Assembly (NCBI RefSeq): GCF_001194135.2
Contig: NC_069000.1
Location: 23,582,589-23,646,588, forward strand
From: Octopus bimaculoides
Lineage: Eukaryota
Direction of reading: 5' to 3'
DNA: 64,000 nt
Below the pieces are notes generated by a model that ran no database searches, was not told where the DNA came from, and saw only the letters and a program-made list of their open reading frames with translations. Both the position numbers and the translations under genes were made by a program. How positions within the stretch are numbered: the stretch's first letter is position 1; each line of letters starts with the position of its first letter. This document shows, one piece after another, positions 40,401-54,500 of the stretch.

Positions 40401-43400
40401 AATATCAAATCAGAGTTTGAAAACTTAAAGCAATTTAAATACATTTTGGTAATGTATTTTCAGTACACAAAATGTTACATTACTTAGCCCCAATAACTAT
40501 TGGAAATTGGTATTTGAATTATCTGGGAATGTTACTTGAGTTAGCTCATTTGGGTTTGGGAAACTTTTACATCTTATTTGTATTATGCAATGCTGCAAAC
40601 TGGTGTTAACTGAAAAATGTTTTGGTACTATTTTAGCCCTGTATCCATCACATACAACTACTGAAAGTTGTGGATATGTCAAAGAGAATTATGGAATGAT
40701 AAATAACACACAGTGCACTTACTTGACAGAAAATCGCTGAGACCACTTGCAGTTATATTCTACCGAGGATGCAATGACAGATGCAATTAACTTCTCAAAC
40801 AGGAATGGCATCTGTCGTAATTTGCTGTATACTTCTAAAATACTTTCTAGCAGACCATCAACTTGCTCAATTGTGGACTCATCACTTTCTGATAATACAG
40901 ACCAGCATAAAGATAAGATATGATCCAAATATTCTTTACTGATATCTGGATTAAGTAAAATCAAAGACTTCAAGCACAAAAACCATGAATCTGTTTTCCT
41001 GTAATAAAAAAGACAAAGATACAAAAGATATAATGACATATAATCATAAAATATATTTCACATTATTTCAAAGAAACAATGACTATGAAGATGAGATGCT
41101 GAACTAATAATCTGAAGATTATGTGTTCAAGCTTTATGACTACAGTCATAATGATGTGCATCCAAACAAAACAGAATTTGCTGGTCAATGTACAAGGCAG
41201 TGAACAACCATTAGAGCAGTCCAAGGTTCATATCCTGTTCTTGGCATTGTACTGTTCAAGTCCGGAGACTCAACTTTTAAATGGAGCAATCCACCAAGCA
41301 GTAAACATGCACCGCACAATAGGAATAACAGGTTTGAAACAACATTAACAGCACTGTTGATTTAGCAAGTGATTTGTTAGCTTTCAAGACCAAGTTCAAT
41401 TCATTATATGAGAAAGTTTATCCAGAATAGACTGAAGGGAATTTTGCTCCTTATTTACTTAATGTTAAAAATCTGGAGAACAAACACCGGACAATATAGA
41501 ACATTGAGACTTTAAATTTTCGCTGATCAAAATAAATTAACTCACGTTACACCACTTTGTCAGTGACAAACAGGTGTCAATTCCCAGTTTTTAGCTGTAG
41601 AAAAATCCTCAAGCTGTAAAAACAAATGCTCCAATAAAAACTATTCCCAGTTACCTACATAGTATTAATCCTTTCTACTATAGGCACAAGGCCTGAAATT
41701 TGGGGGAGTAGGATGGTCAATTACATTGGCCCCAGTGCTCAACTGAAAATTATTATAGTGACTCTGAAAGAATGAATGGCAAAATCAACCATAGCAGAAT
41801 TTGAACTCAGAACATAAAGACATGAAATACTGCTAAGCATCTTGTCCGACATGGTAACAATTCTACTAGTTTGCCACCTCATCCAAGTAATATTAATAAT
41901 AAACGTTGTGATACCTCCTGGAATCATTGAACCAAATTCTGACAATGATTTCATCTGGTCACAGATTCAAGGATACCATGCTCAAAAATAAGGTTTAATT
42001 AAAATAATAAAATGTTTTCTGTGAGTGTGTAAATGTGTATGTTTGTGCAAAGAGAAAGAAATAAAGAGAGATCAGTTTTTACTAATTTCTTATCCATTTA
42101 TATAATAATGGCAAAATGGTAGACAACTGAATACACAACCATGAATTCAAACCTAACTACATTCTGCCAGGCTAATAACTAGTTCCATACTCACTTCATC
42201 CATAATTAACAGAAGTGAAACATGAGCCGTGACTGCGGAGGACATGCGTAGGCTCAAAAGAAATAAAGCTAGCATGATACGCTGGATGTGTAATGTCAGT
42301 GTGCACACACAACAGAGTGTAAGCACCCTGAGAGAAATGTTGAACATTAGAAGCATCGGAAGTGGCATGCAAGAGAGACGTTTGCGCTGGTATGGTCATA
42401 TACTATGGATGGATGAGGAGAGCTGTGTGAAGAAGTGCCACTCCCAAACAGTTGAAGGAATCCTGGGTAGAGGTAGACCCAGGAAGACATGGGATGAGGT
42501 GGTGAAGCATGACCTTTGAATGATGGGCCTCACAGAGGCAATGACGAAAGACCAAGACCTCTGGAGATATGCTGTGACTGCAAAGACCTGGCAAATAAAG
42601 TAAGTTCATGGCTGTATCCTACACCAGTTTCGCATAACCAGCCCCAGCCCATTCAAAAGTACCTTGGATTGTAGGGTGACCTGCTGTGCTTGAGGAGACC
42701 TATTGAGTCAAGTACATCAACATCAAAATGAAAATCAAATGGAAATTGTAGTTGTGATACCCATGCCGGTGGTATGTAAAAAGCACCAACCAACAGTGGC
42801 CGTTGCCAGCCTCCTCTGGCCCATGTGCCAGTGGCACGTAAAAAGCACCTACTACACTCACGGAGTGGTTGGCGTTAGGAAGGGCATCCAGCTGTAGGAA
42901 AACTGCCAGATCAGACTGGAGCCTGGTGCAGCCTCTTAGCTTCCCAAACCCTGGTCGAACTGTCCAACCCATGCTAGCATGGAAAACAGACGTTAAACGA
43001 TGATGGTGATGAAGATGATCATCATAACCACCCACACAAATTAGAAGAATTAAATATAAAAGATGAAAGACAATAAGCGAAAAAAAAACAACAAAAAAGT
43101 GTTTGAACAAAAAAAAAAAAACTGACCTTTCAGCTGTGAAAAGAATTTGAGGGAGTTGTTTGGAGTACATGAACCAAAATTTCTTTTCATTATCATCATC
43201 TGCATTCAAATTGTAAATATTCATGTTGCTGATGCTATCCAATAACTGCCCCATAATTTCTATAGCCTTGTTTTCTTCAACAGCACCATGGAACTTGCCT
43301 TGTTCCAAATCAAACCCAAGTAACTTACTGATGTTGTCCAACATTATCTCAATCAACACAGAGCTTTCCCTATATATAGAGACAAAATAAAACAATTTGC

Positions 43401-46400
43401 TTTACAAACCAACAATTTCATGTATTACACCATGACTGCAATAGTTTTTCCAAAAACAGGCTTATAAAGAGAGATTATTGCAGAGAGTTGCATAGTAGTG
43501 AATTATAGAGAATTTGACAAATGCATTATTTAGAAATAGTGTACAAGTGGTAGTCAATATCATCCATAACTGTTTGTCCTTGAACCCCTTCTCTGTAATT
43601 TACAGATGCCCTTACTGTTACCAAATCCCACCTATTTCCAAGCATGGTAATATTTCTCCATGCCCAATCATGTTCTTGTAAAACATTAACAATAAAGGGC
43701 ACTACTTGTATGATAGTGACAATCATTTTACAACCCTCACACAATGTTAAAACAAAAAGACACAAACATACATACACATATATGGGGGTTGGACAAAATA
43801 ATGGAAACACCTTAAAATTTCAAACAAATTTATTTTAATATGGGGTAGGACCGCCTTTGGCAATAATTACAGCTTGAATTCTACAAGGTATGGACTCATA
43901 CAAAGTTTGAATTGTTTCCAAGGGAATTTTTGTCTATTCTTCACCTAAAACAGTCTCCAGTTCAGTTCTTGTGGTGATGATGATGGAGGATATCAACTCC
44001 TTACTTGTTTTTCTAAAATGCACCATAAATGTTCAATAATATTGAGATCTAGGGATTATGGTGGCCAGATAAGATAAGAATATTCCTCATGCCATTCAGT
44101 AACAACTTTAGTTGTGTGAATTGGTGCATTATCATCCTGAAAGATTACGTTTTCCTTCGGAAATAGTTCCACAACCATAGGATGAATTTGATCAGATAAA
44201 ATGCTTANNNNNNNNNNNNNNNNNNNNNNNNNNNNNNNNNNNNNNNNNNNNNNNNNNNNNNNNNNNNNNNNNNNNNNNNNNNNNNNNNNNNNNNNNNNNN
44301 NNNNNNNNNNNNNNNNNNNNNNNNNNNNNNNNNNNNNNNNNNNNNNNNNNNNNNNNNNNNNNNNNNNNNNNNNNNNNNNNNNNNNNNNNNNNNNNNNNNN
44401 NNNNNNNNNNNNNNNNNNNNNNNNNNNNNNNNNNNNNNNNNNNNNNNNNNNNNNNNNNNNNNNNNNNNNNNNNNNNNNNNNNNNNNNNNNNNNNNNNNNN
44501 NNNNNNNNNNNNNNNNNNNNNNNNNNNNNNNNNNNNNNNNNNNNNNNNNNNNNNNNNNNNNNNNNNNNNNNNNNNNNNNNNNNNNNNNNNNNNNNNNNNN
44601 NNNNNNNNNNNNNNNNNNNNNNNNNNNNNNNNNNNNNNNNNNNNNNNNNNNNNNNNNNNNNNNNNNNNNNNNNNNNNNNNNNNNNNNNNNNNNNNNNNNN
44701 NNNNNNNNNNNNNNNNNNNNNNNNNNNNGGTTTTTCCCTCTTTTTCAAAGGCTGTCATTATTTTTGAGACAGTACTTCTTGATACACCAAACATTTCAGC
44801 TGTTTTCGTTACGCTAGCGCCTGCCATACGAGCACCAGCAATTTGACCTCTTTGAAAGTCTAATAGATCTGTCATTTTAATGAATTTTAATTACCTTTCT
44901 CTAATGATATCTGAAAAGAAGCAGCAATTTTAGCAAAACATATTAAGCAACATTTATAATAAATCAAAAACATAAAAACAAGCTTTTGATGGTTTTATAG
45001 ATATTTCAAAATTATGATGCTATGATGCTAGGTGCTTCCATTATTTTGTCCAACCCCTGTATATGCCAGGAATGCATTTAATATATTCTACCTAAGTTAA
45101 GAAATGGTGATATGAGTGAAAATTTTGTAAATGTAAGTTTTCACTGTATAAATTGACAATAGGAAATAGTCATATATTTCCCATGTTGGAAAAAAATAGG
45201 TATTAGTACACCTGGGAATCAAACCCACACCTCTTATAATAATCCTAGGGCTATGATAGAAGACACCTGTTCAAGGTTTTATGCAGTGGGACTGAACACA
45301 GAACCATGTAGTGAGGAAGCAAACTTCTTAACATGCTGCCATGTCTGTGTCTCCGAGAAATATTAAGACAAATATTAATAACATTAAACTTAATCTTGGA
45401 GGGAGTGAGGAGTAGCCCTGCTTCTTGAGACTTATTTGAAAAAAAAAACAAAATCCACAAGACATAATATTTTTATTAAATGTCCTTTCTTTGTGTTATT
45501 TATTATTTTTATCATCAAAATGTTTTCTTATCTAATCTGAATCAGTAATTTTGTTATTTCCAGTTAGAAGATACTTCCCATCACATCACTAATAACTAGG
45601 GAAAAGCATGACCAATACAACATCTCATCTCATTTCCACAAATGACATGTTTTATTTAATTCATATTCTTTAATGATATTTCTAATGAAATACACAATGT
45701 AGTATTTTAATTAATTTTGAAAATAACCACATCAGCTCACAACACTTGAGAAAGCAGTAGTTTTAATGCTTAAACTAGATTACCAACATAATTTGAAGAA
45801 AACAAAAAACCAAGCTAAGTAACATTATTCTTTATCAATCTATATAGATTGTGAGCATTATAAAATAATAACCAATTCATTTAATTCTTTTGATACTAAA
45901 GTATCAGAGACTACTTCTGTAGGATATGTATAAATGAAAAAGTATATATATTCTCTTTGATATCTACTAAAACACATTGCTGCAAGATTCAGATATAAAA
46001 GTGTCTTGCATTAAGTTTGGTATCATTTTCAATGCTTTTGGTTCAGGCTCTATCTCCCACACAAATACATAAAAGATTTGTAGATAATGTCAAATAAAGA
46101 ACTCACGTCTCTCCTTCAATAAATAAAGCAAAAAGTTTTGGTAAATAATCCAAGACAGCAGCCCTGAAATCAACTGCTAATGCTTCATTGTCCTGAATAT
46201 CAAGGAAATATAACAAACAGAAGATAAGCACAATATTTTCCATCAAATGAATGAATTTAAAAATAAACTTGCTTAAAAACTTGTTAAGAACTATTCATAT
46301 TTTCAGTTTAGCTTTGTCAAGATAGAGGCTCTGTAAATTTAAAGAAACCTTTTCTAGACTGTTGGAACAAATTATGGCCTTTGTAAAGCCAGTGTAGTAG

Positions 46401-49400
46401 CTGTAATAACTATTGTCTACTAAAATCAACTGAAACAAGGTCATTTACGTTGCTCAAAAGTCACAGCAATAATGGCGTGGCCAAACTGGGGCACTAGATG
46501 AACAAGCAAACAAAATGATGGGTTAATTAGGTTAAGTTTTATTTGTGAAATACTGTTGTTTTGAATTTGCTGCAGAAAATGGCCTATGTTTGTGATGGTG
46601 AGTGGGGAGGAGACACTAGGAATATGGCCTAGGTGTCAAGGGGCCGGCAGCCTGAAAAGGTTTGGGAACCACTGATCTAAATATTGGTCACACATTTATA
46701 AACACTACTCAAATGTTGACATTTTCATAACTTGTAAAACAAAAAAATATATATATATTATTATTAAAACAGTTTGATTCAACCCCATATGACTGTTCAT
46801 TGCTGAATGTTACATATGTTATAAATAACATTGTGTTAATATCACTCAGCAATAGTGGCATATGTGTCTGTTCCAATGAGTAGAGTCAAAAGCTCTTTTA
46901 GATTATATTTTGAATTTCCACATTTTATATCTGGACTGAGATACAACTGAAGGAAAACAAAGAATGAAGAAACAGCATACTAATTCAACCATAAGCCACA
47001 AACCCATCTTCACTAATTGGAATTTTAGGAAAAATAACAATGAACATTTAAGGATAAGAACATCATAAAAAGATAAAGTTTATTAATTAATCAGCTCTTG
47101 CACTTATCATGGTTCCACTTCAAAGAAAACCAATGACATATCCTCGCTTCCTCAATTCAACATATAAAAATCATCATCATCCTTTAACACACATAAAAAT
47201 CATCCTCATCCTTTAACAGCCACTTTCTATGCTGGCATGGGTTGGACAGTTTCACCAGAGCTGGCAAGCTGGAGTACTGCACAAGGTTCCAGTCTGCTTT
47301 GGCTTGGTTTCTATGGCTGGATGCCCTTCCTAACACCAACCACTTTACAGTGTGTGCTGGATGCTTTTAACATGGCACAAGTGCTTTTATGTGATGCCAG
47401 CACAAGTACTTTTTGCATGGTGCCAGCAGAAGACATATACACAAAGGGTATCCATTAAGTTTCTATCCACCAATTTCAGACACAAGGCATTGGACAACCT
47501 GAGGCCAGAGGACACTTGCTCAAAGTGAAACAGTCAGAGAGAAACTGAAACCACATAATTATGAAGCAAACTGTGTCTACATGGCACCATCACACACACA
47601 CACACCCCAAGCAAGCTTCTGTACAGTTTCTATCTTCAACATTTCATTCACCAAGTATTAAACAACATGGACAGAAAACTCTGTTACATGATTCTGCACA
47701 GGGAACCGAGAACCATGTTGGTTGCAAGCTGAACTTCCTAGCCACACAATATGTCTATTAACCTTTTTAGCATTCAGGTTACTCTGTCAAATGTAAAGCT
47801 TATTTATTCACATTATTTTGAATTACTTGTGTATTATGTTGTAGCTTTCAGATTTCAATGATGTGGTTGTTTACAGTTAGAATAACAAATGTTGGGTAGG
47901 TGTGAGAGGCCAGATTGGGCAAGTTTGAACATAGAACAGGAAGAATATTTGGGCTGGATACAGCTGGTTTAAATGCTAAAGGGTTAAAATGAATATATAA
48001 ATATCTTACAGTTCTAGTAATAGCTTCTTCCATTATTGTAAACAGCTGACTTAGCCGAGACTTGATTTCTAAAATATTAGTTGCAGCACTCAGTTTTTGA
48101 AATTTCCTGAAAAACAATCTTTGATCTCTGAAAAAAAAAAAAAATATATATGAAACTACAAGGCATTTTTTCAAGGCAGCATGAAAACAACAAACTTTCT
48201 TGCAAAAAGAAACCTCAACTTACTTGTTAAAAACAGTATTTTTTATCATCTCATCAAGTAAACATGAAATGTGGTTGTAATCAGAACGGTGTTGACATTT
48301 ATATCGGAGAATTAGTACAGATTGAAATAATTTATTGCAGAACAACTTAAGAACCTGTAAAGAGAGAAGAAAAAAAATCTGATTTGAGAATGAAAATTCA
48401 AGAAACTGGGCAGGGATATAACTTGTTTTACAAAAATCATTTATATTTTAAATACTATTTACAACTATTATACATTGATTTATTTAGACTAATTTTGTAG
48501 ATATGGCTGTTTGGTGAGAAGTTTGCTTCCCAACCACATGGTTCAAAGTTCAGTCTCACTGCCTGATACCTTGAGCAAAGGTATTCTATAGCCTCAGGGC
48601 AACCAAAGCCTTGTGAATTGATCTGTAAGACAGAAACTGAAATAAGTATTTCATGTATATAGAAATGTGTATGTGTGTGTGTATTGCCATCTCTTTGCTT
48701 TGACATTGCATGACAGTTGTAAAAACAAGTGTCACTGTCATGCAAGTGGTGTTCTTCATTTCCAATTTTCCATGAAGACATTCATGTGGAAATATCACCT
48801 TACTTGGAAACAGGTGAGGATTGACAACAGGAAGGGCATCTGTCAGCAGAAAAATTTGCCTCAACAAATTCCATCTGATCCATGAGAGCATGGAAAAGTG
48901 GACATTAAAATGATGATAATGAATTTCCTCATTTTGATTGTTAAAGTTACGTTGTGCCCTCCAGCTTTCTTCGGATGTTGTTGAATTTGATAATATTCTT
49001 GAAATTCCAAACTAAACCCTTTATTCAGAACATGGCGGAATAGATTGTTCTCATTTCATTGTCCCTGTTTGGGATATTAGTTGTTAGTTAGTTCTGATGT
49101 TGCTTGCTCATTCTGCTTAAACTAGAGTATATAGATAGATACACTAAACCAGAGACTGAATTCATACCTGCTAAATAAACTATTGCCCTTAACTAATACT
49201 TATATTGCATAGTTACAGCTGCCCTTTGGCAAGGCAAAGCACCCATTCAGCAAAGTCATTGGACTGCAGCCTGGTAGAGTGTGAAGAGGTTGTGGAAGAG
49301 CTCAACTGAACCAACAGTGCTTCTTACATTGATTATGAGCAGAAGAATCCCAGAAGATCAATGGCCAGGATCACCAAGCTCCATCAAGAGAGTAACTGCA

Positions 49401-51552
49401 ATGCATCCATAAGGGAAGTATCTATGATTGTGTAATCAGCTAATGAATGATTCACTATGACTCAAGCTCCCAATTGAAACTCATAATAAAAAATGGATGG
49501 CAACAGGGAATCATAGGAATCTGCAAAAGCAATGAAAAGAAAATAGTGACTATATTATTGTCCCATAACTAATGGAAAATAGAAGCCTTAAATTTAATTC
49601 TTGATGAGGACAATAGTCTGAATGAATCAATGTATAAAAATGATAATTCCTCACTTTCAGACAAAATCTATTTTAGTTTATAACACAAGTTCTATGTTAG
49701 CATAAGTCCAGTAGTTAGGGAGTAAATTGACATGTTTGCATTGTCCCATTTGCTAACCACTCAATCATGAAATATATACTGTAAAATAGTGACATCTATC
49801 CCAAAAGAAGAAAGAATTTATACTCTGAATTTGGCTCAGATAAAAATACCTACACATAGCAATATCAACAGGTTTGTATCAAGAGAGAAAAGTCACTGGA
49901 AGACACACTATTCATTCCACAACTCAGATTTAAACATGAGATTGTTGCTAGACATTAGCCTAGCAACAATCTCATCTAATTTGATATCACATGACATGAC
50001 AACTTCTGACATTTTAAATGATAAGCAATAAAAAAAGCCATGTGGATTTGGTTCTAAGATAATGGATCTCAGATTATAATATTTATTCATCTGAAGGCAA
50101 TCAATTTTATTTTTTAGAGCACCTGAAAAGATAATATCAATTGACTTCTTTGAGTCTTTTTTCATCAGTTAATCAGTGAAGGAGGGACAGCATCCAAAGA
50201 CCTTTGTAGACTCTCCCAGATTGGGGAGGTTAATATAGCTGAACATGTACAGAAAAATAGTAGGCAAATAGGGAACTGGAGTCTGGTCCAAATGCTTCAG
50301 AGAGTTGACCTCAACAAAAACATTCATGGACCAAACAGAGGTGTCAAACTAGGCAACAGGTTTGACCTATTGTTCAATACATAAGTTTCCATTCCCATTC
50401 ACTGAGAATGATTAGTATTCATTTGGATTCTCAAATGAAAATCATGTTATAGATTTAATTATATAGTTAACCACATACACATACAACAGCATGGATTTCA
50501 TTATGCAGTTAATATACATTGCCACACATTTTCCCTGCCATTTTACATCTATGCTTCCCCTAAGTATGTATGAATGGAATGATTTATTAATATAATTCTA
50601 AATGTGTCAGACAAGCTGACAAGACGTTTCTACCTCCTATATTGTGATTGATTTAGGGTAGGAAGAACAGCCAACAGTTAAAAGTATTTGTTCCAGCAAT
50701 ACGTCAATATCAAAATGATCAAAAGCAACCCAATATAAACATGGTGCAAGAAATATAAAACATGTTAATTATCTCTAACAAAGAACACAGACATTTTGAA
50801 AAGAGATGGTTCAGTAAACTGCTGATTGTCATAATCATTTCAGCAAAGGAAAGCACAAAATGTGAAAAAAATTGTTTCACATCTTTTATCATACTGACAT
50901 GAGTGTGGTAATTTTGTAAATAATCCTTTACAGTAGTAATGATGATGACAGAAACAATAGCAATTGTGATACTGCTGCTGGTGGGCAATAATACAGAAAC
51001 CATGATGATGGTGATAATAGTCGTGCAGGGGCAAAAAAAGGCAGTGGCAAGGTAATGATTGTGGTAGTGATAAAAGAAATAGTGGTGGTGGTGTTGTAGT
51101 TGAAGAAATGGTGGTGCTGATAGTGGTAGTACTGGTAGAAGTAATGGTGTTGGTAGTGGTTTAAGAATGATGTGATGATGGTAGTACTAGTGGAAAGAAA
51201 AACAGTGATGGAGGTGGTGGTAGAGAGGTGGTGTTAGTTGTGGTAGAAATTATGAAGAAGTTGATTGAAGTAATGACAACATTAGCAAAGAAGGAATAAG
51301 TCAGCCTCTTTACCTGGACTTGGTTACAACTAATTTTTTGACAGTCACAGAAAGACTTAATCAGACTAGTTAACATGTCATCAATATGTTGCTCCATGTG
51401 ACCAGTTGTAGCAAGTTGTTGCAGACTTATGCTGCTGACAGCAGACAAAAGGTTAGCCTGAAGTAAAAAAAAATAAACAGATTTATGTTACTTTAAACCA
51501 TATTATCTGATTCACTTATATACAAGCACTTTAGCATTTGCCCTTTTTCACT

Positions 51553-51589
<37 letters not shown>

Positions 51590-54500
51590 CTTCTTACATC
51601 TAAACACATATATACTCGCTTATACAATAAAGCTATCATAGACAATCACATATATATACATTCATATACTTTCTGACAAACAAACTCACACAGAAGGCCG
51701 TGGATGTCAGAATCTGTAGAATATTGTACAAAATGTCTTAAGGTATTTGGCTACATCTCTTTACATCCAGAATTCAAATCCTACCTAGACTGACTTGTCC
51801 TTTCATTCTTCTAAGATTAATAAAATAACCAGTCAAGTATTTGGTGCCAATATAATCAACCGTACCCTGAAGGTAATGTTGGAGTATGGTCAGCCTACAT
51901 ACTGTTGTTTGAGCTCCTTGACTGCAAGACAGCATCATGGGAAATGTCCCTTTAAGATGCCAAATGTTGAAAAACACTAAATACCTCAAACAAGGCAAGA
52001 CAACTTTCCCTGTAAGCGATTGAGAACGGTGGATATCAATATTTTGCTGTTTTTCAGCTTCCCAGCACTATGTATTAAATCACGTCAGAATGGATCGCGA
52101 TGGCTGATTTGTGGTATATATGCAAATAGTGCAGTCTATCTGCTGATGTGCAACAGCACCACACAAGGAAAACAAAATAAAATTATGAATTATAAGCAGC
52201 TCTAATAATGCAAACATTATTATACCACATACTGTATGTGCTATATATATTATTCAAATGTCAATAATTCTGCAACAATTGCCAGATACTAAACTGCTTG
52301 CATACAATAATAATGTCCAAATGTAAAGTATTCTGAGAGCTCATCCAAGCTTTCAATCTCATCATTTTCTTGCCGCAGAAGCACTGAATCTAAAGCATTA
52401 AAGATTATAAACAATTGGTTATATGGGACTGAGTAATATTTGTGTAAAAGAATATTGCTGATACTTACCATGTTTTCAATGTTTGAGGTAAAAAGGCAGG
52501 ACAAGGCTGGAGATGACAACAACAACTTACAGCAAACTATTACACTGTCGGAGTACTTCAATTTATTTTGGGACACATTGGTCAAGCTGGAAATTAACAT
52601 CTGCAAAGAATATAAGAAATGTTTATATATTTTGTCTTGTCTGAAGAAGGGTGGGATGCCACAGCCTTTCAAGACTTACAGAAATACAGAGGAGGAGAAA
52701 GAGACATTGTATAGGTGAAATATTGAATTTGAACTTTTGAAAATTTGTAGATGAAGATAAACATATGAAGAGAGAGAGAGGGAGAGTAGGGGAATGGAAA
52801 CAGATTTCCAGAAGGAGACAAATATGAGTGGCATGTAAGATAATGGCACCAGCTAGACTATTTTATGCCTAAAAACAAATTATTTTAAAATATTACTTAA
52901 GCCTATAGTTTACTAGTTTCATAATTTTACACACACACACACACATATATATATATCACCTCCATCAGTGTTTTAATGTCCACTTCCCAAGCTTATATGA
53001 ATCAGACAAAATTCATTGTGGCAGATTTTCTAGGGCTGGATACCTGTCTTGTCACCAACTCTCACCTGTTTCCAAACAAGGTAATATTTTCCCATGGCCA
53101 GACATTTTTCATAAAAAGCTGGAAACAAATTATATCATTAGTATGATGCAATGTTCATTTATAACTAACGCATGATGTCCAGACAAGGATACATACATGC
53201 AACAGGTCTCTTTGAGTTCCCATCAACCAAATCCACTCACAAGCCTCTGGTCAGCCCAGAGCTATAGTAGAAGACAGTTGTCCACAGTACATGCAGTGAG
53301 ACTGAACCTGAAACCACTGCTTTTCCATGCTGGCATGGGTTTAATGGATCATCATGAACTGAATCAGTTCTTCATAGTTACTGCCCTCTCAGGCAGGTGG
53401 GGAGCCATGTCTTGCTTCTACATCCAATATCTGGCAGGTTTTAATGATTGGATGTTATTCCTATTGCCAATCACTTTACAGATCATACTGAGTGCATTTA
53501 GCAAAGCACCAGCACAAGAGAGATTGTCATGCTCCCCGCAACTCTAAAAACTTTCCTCTGCTCTATATTGTTTCTAATTGTTGACCAAAATTAGATGTTT
53601 ACAGTACCCGGATTCCCAAAGCAATCACCAGTATAAGAACTAGGTTTGATGATGACTAACTTCAATGATTGAACAACAAATGGTGTTGTCCAATAGTGCA
53701 CACACAGTTTGTATTGAGAAATATAAATATTCCAACTGGGTGAAACATCCATGTATACTTCAACAACTGTAGACATTGTAGTCTTTTGTAGGTTTGCAGT
53801 GTTGAATTAAATTTGTTTCAAAGTGAAAGCTACTTGCAACAAACCACCAACCTATACAGAAAAGATACATTTTTCATGTGCACAAAGCTGAACGAGAGTT
53901 CAGCACTGGCCCTATAAATTATTATGATTTTGTAAGAATTAGCTTATACTGTTATATGTATCTGTAAAAAGAGAAGAACAATGTCAATAAACAAAAAGAA
54001 AATGAAAATTTTACAATAAAAATTAATATGAAAATAAATAAAAAGAGAAGACAAATACTCACAGAGCTGAAAGATGGTTTCAGAACTATAACCTGCTTCT
54101 TGGATAACCGTTGCTGCATTTTCTTTGTAAGTAGAAGCCATTCCAGGCAATGCCATATGGCTTCAAAATCTTCATCAGACAAGTTTTTTCTATAAGAAGA
54201 AATTAAAACATTCCCAGAAACTACCAAATGTTGGTGATGGCAAAGATTAACTTTGCATTGCAGTTACCTACCTGCATCAAGGCAGTGAATATTTTGAGTC
54301 ACCAAGGAGCTTCTATATGAGATCTGATCAATAAGTATCTGGACTGTTGCCATAGTAATGAAGCTAAAGCATGCAGAGCAAAGCTGCTTGGCAAAGATTG
54401 ACTGTGAACTCTGCTGCGCACATGCACTAAGTTTTAACGTTCTAGCTCACTTCTGCTATTTACAGCAGTGCTTGGAAGGAAGGTGTGTAGCATGTAATCA

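Noticed and set aside
16385-46678. hAT-like termini CAATGGTTCTCAAAC (about 16386) and GTTTGGGAACCACTG (about 46661)
   Set aside because: They are 30 kb apart with many exons between, so they are independent MITE ends and not one element.
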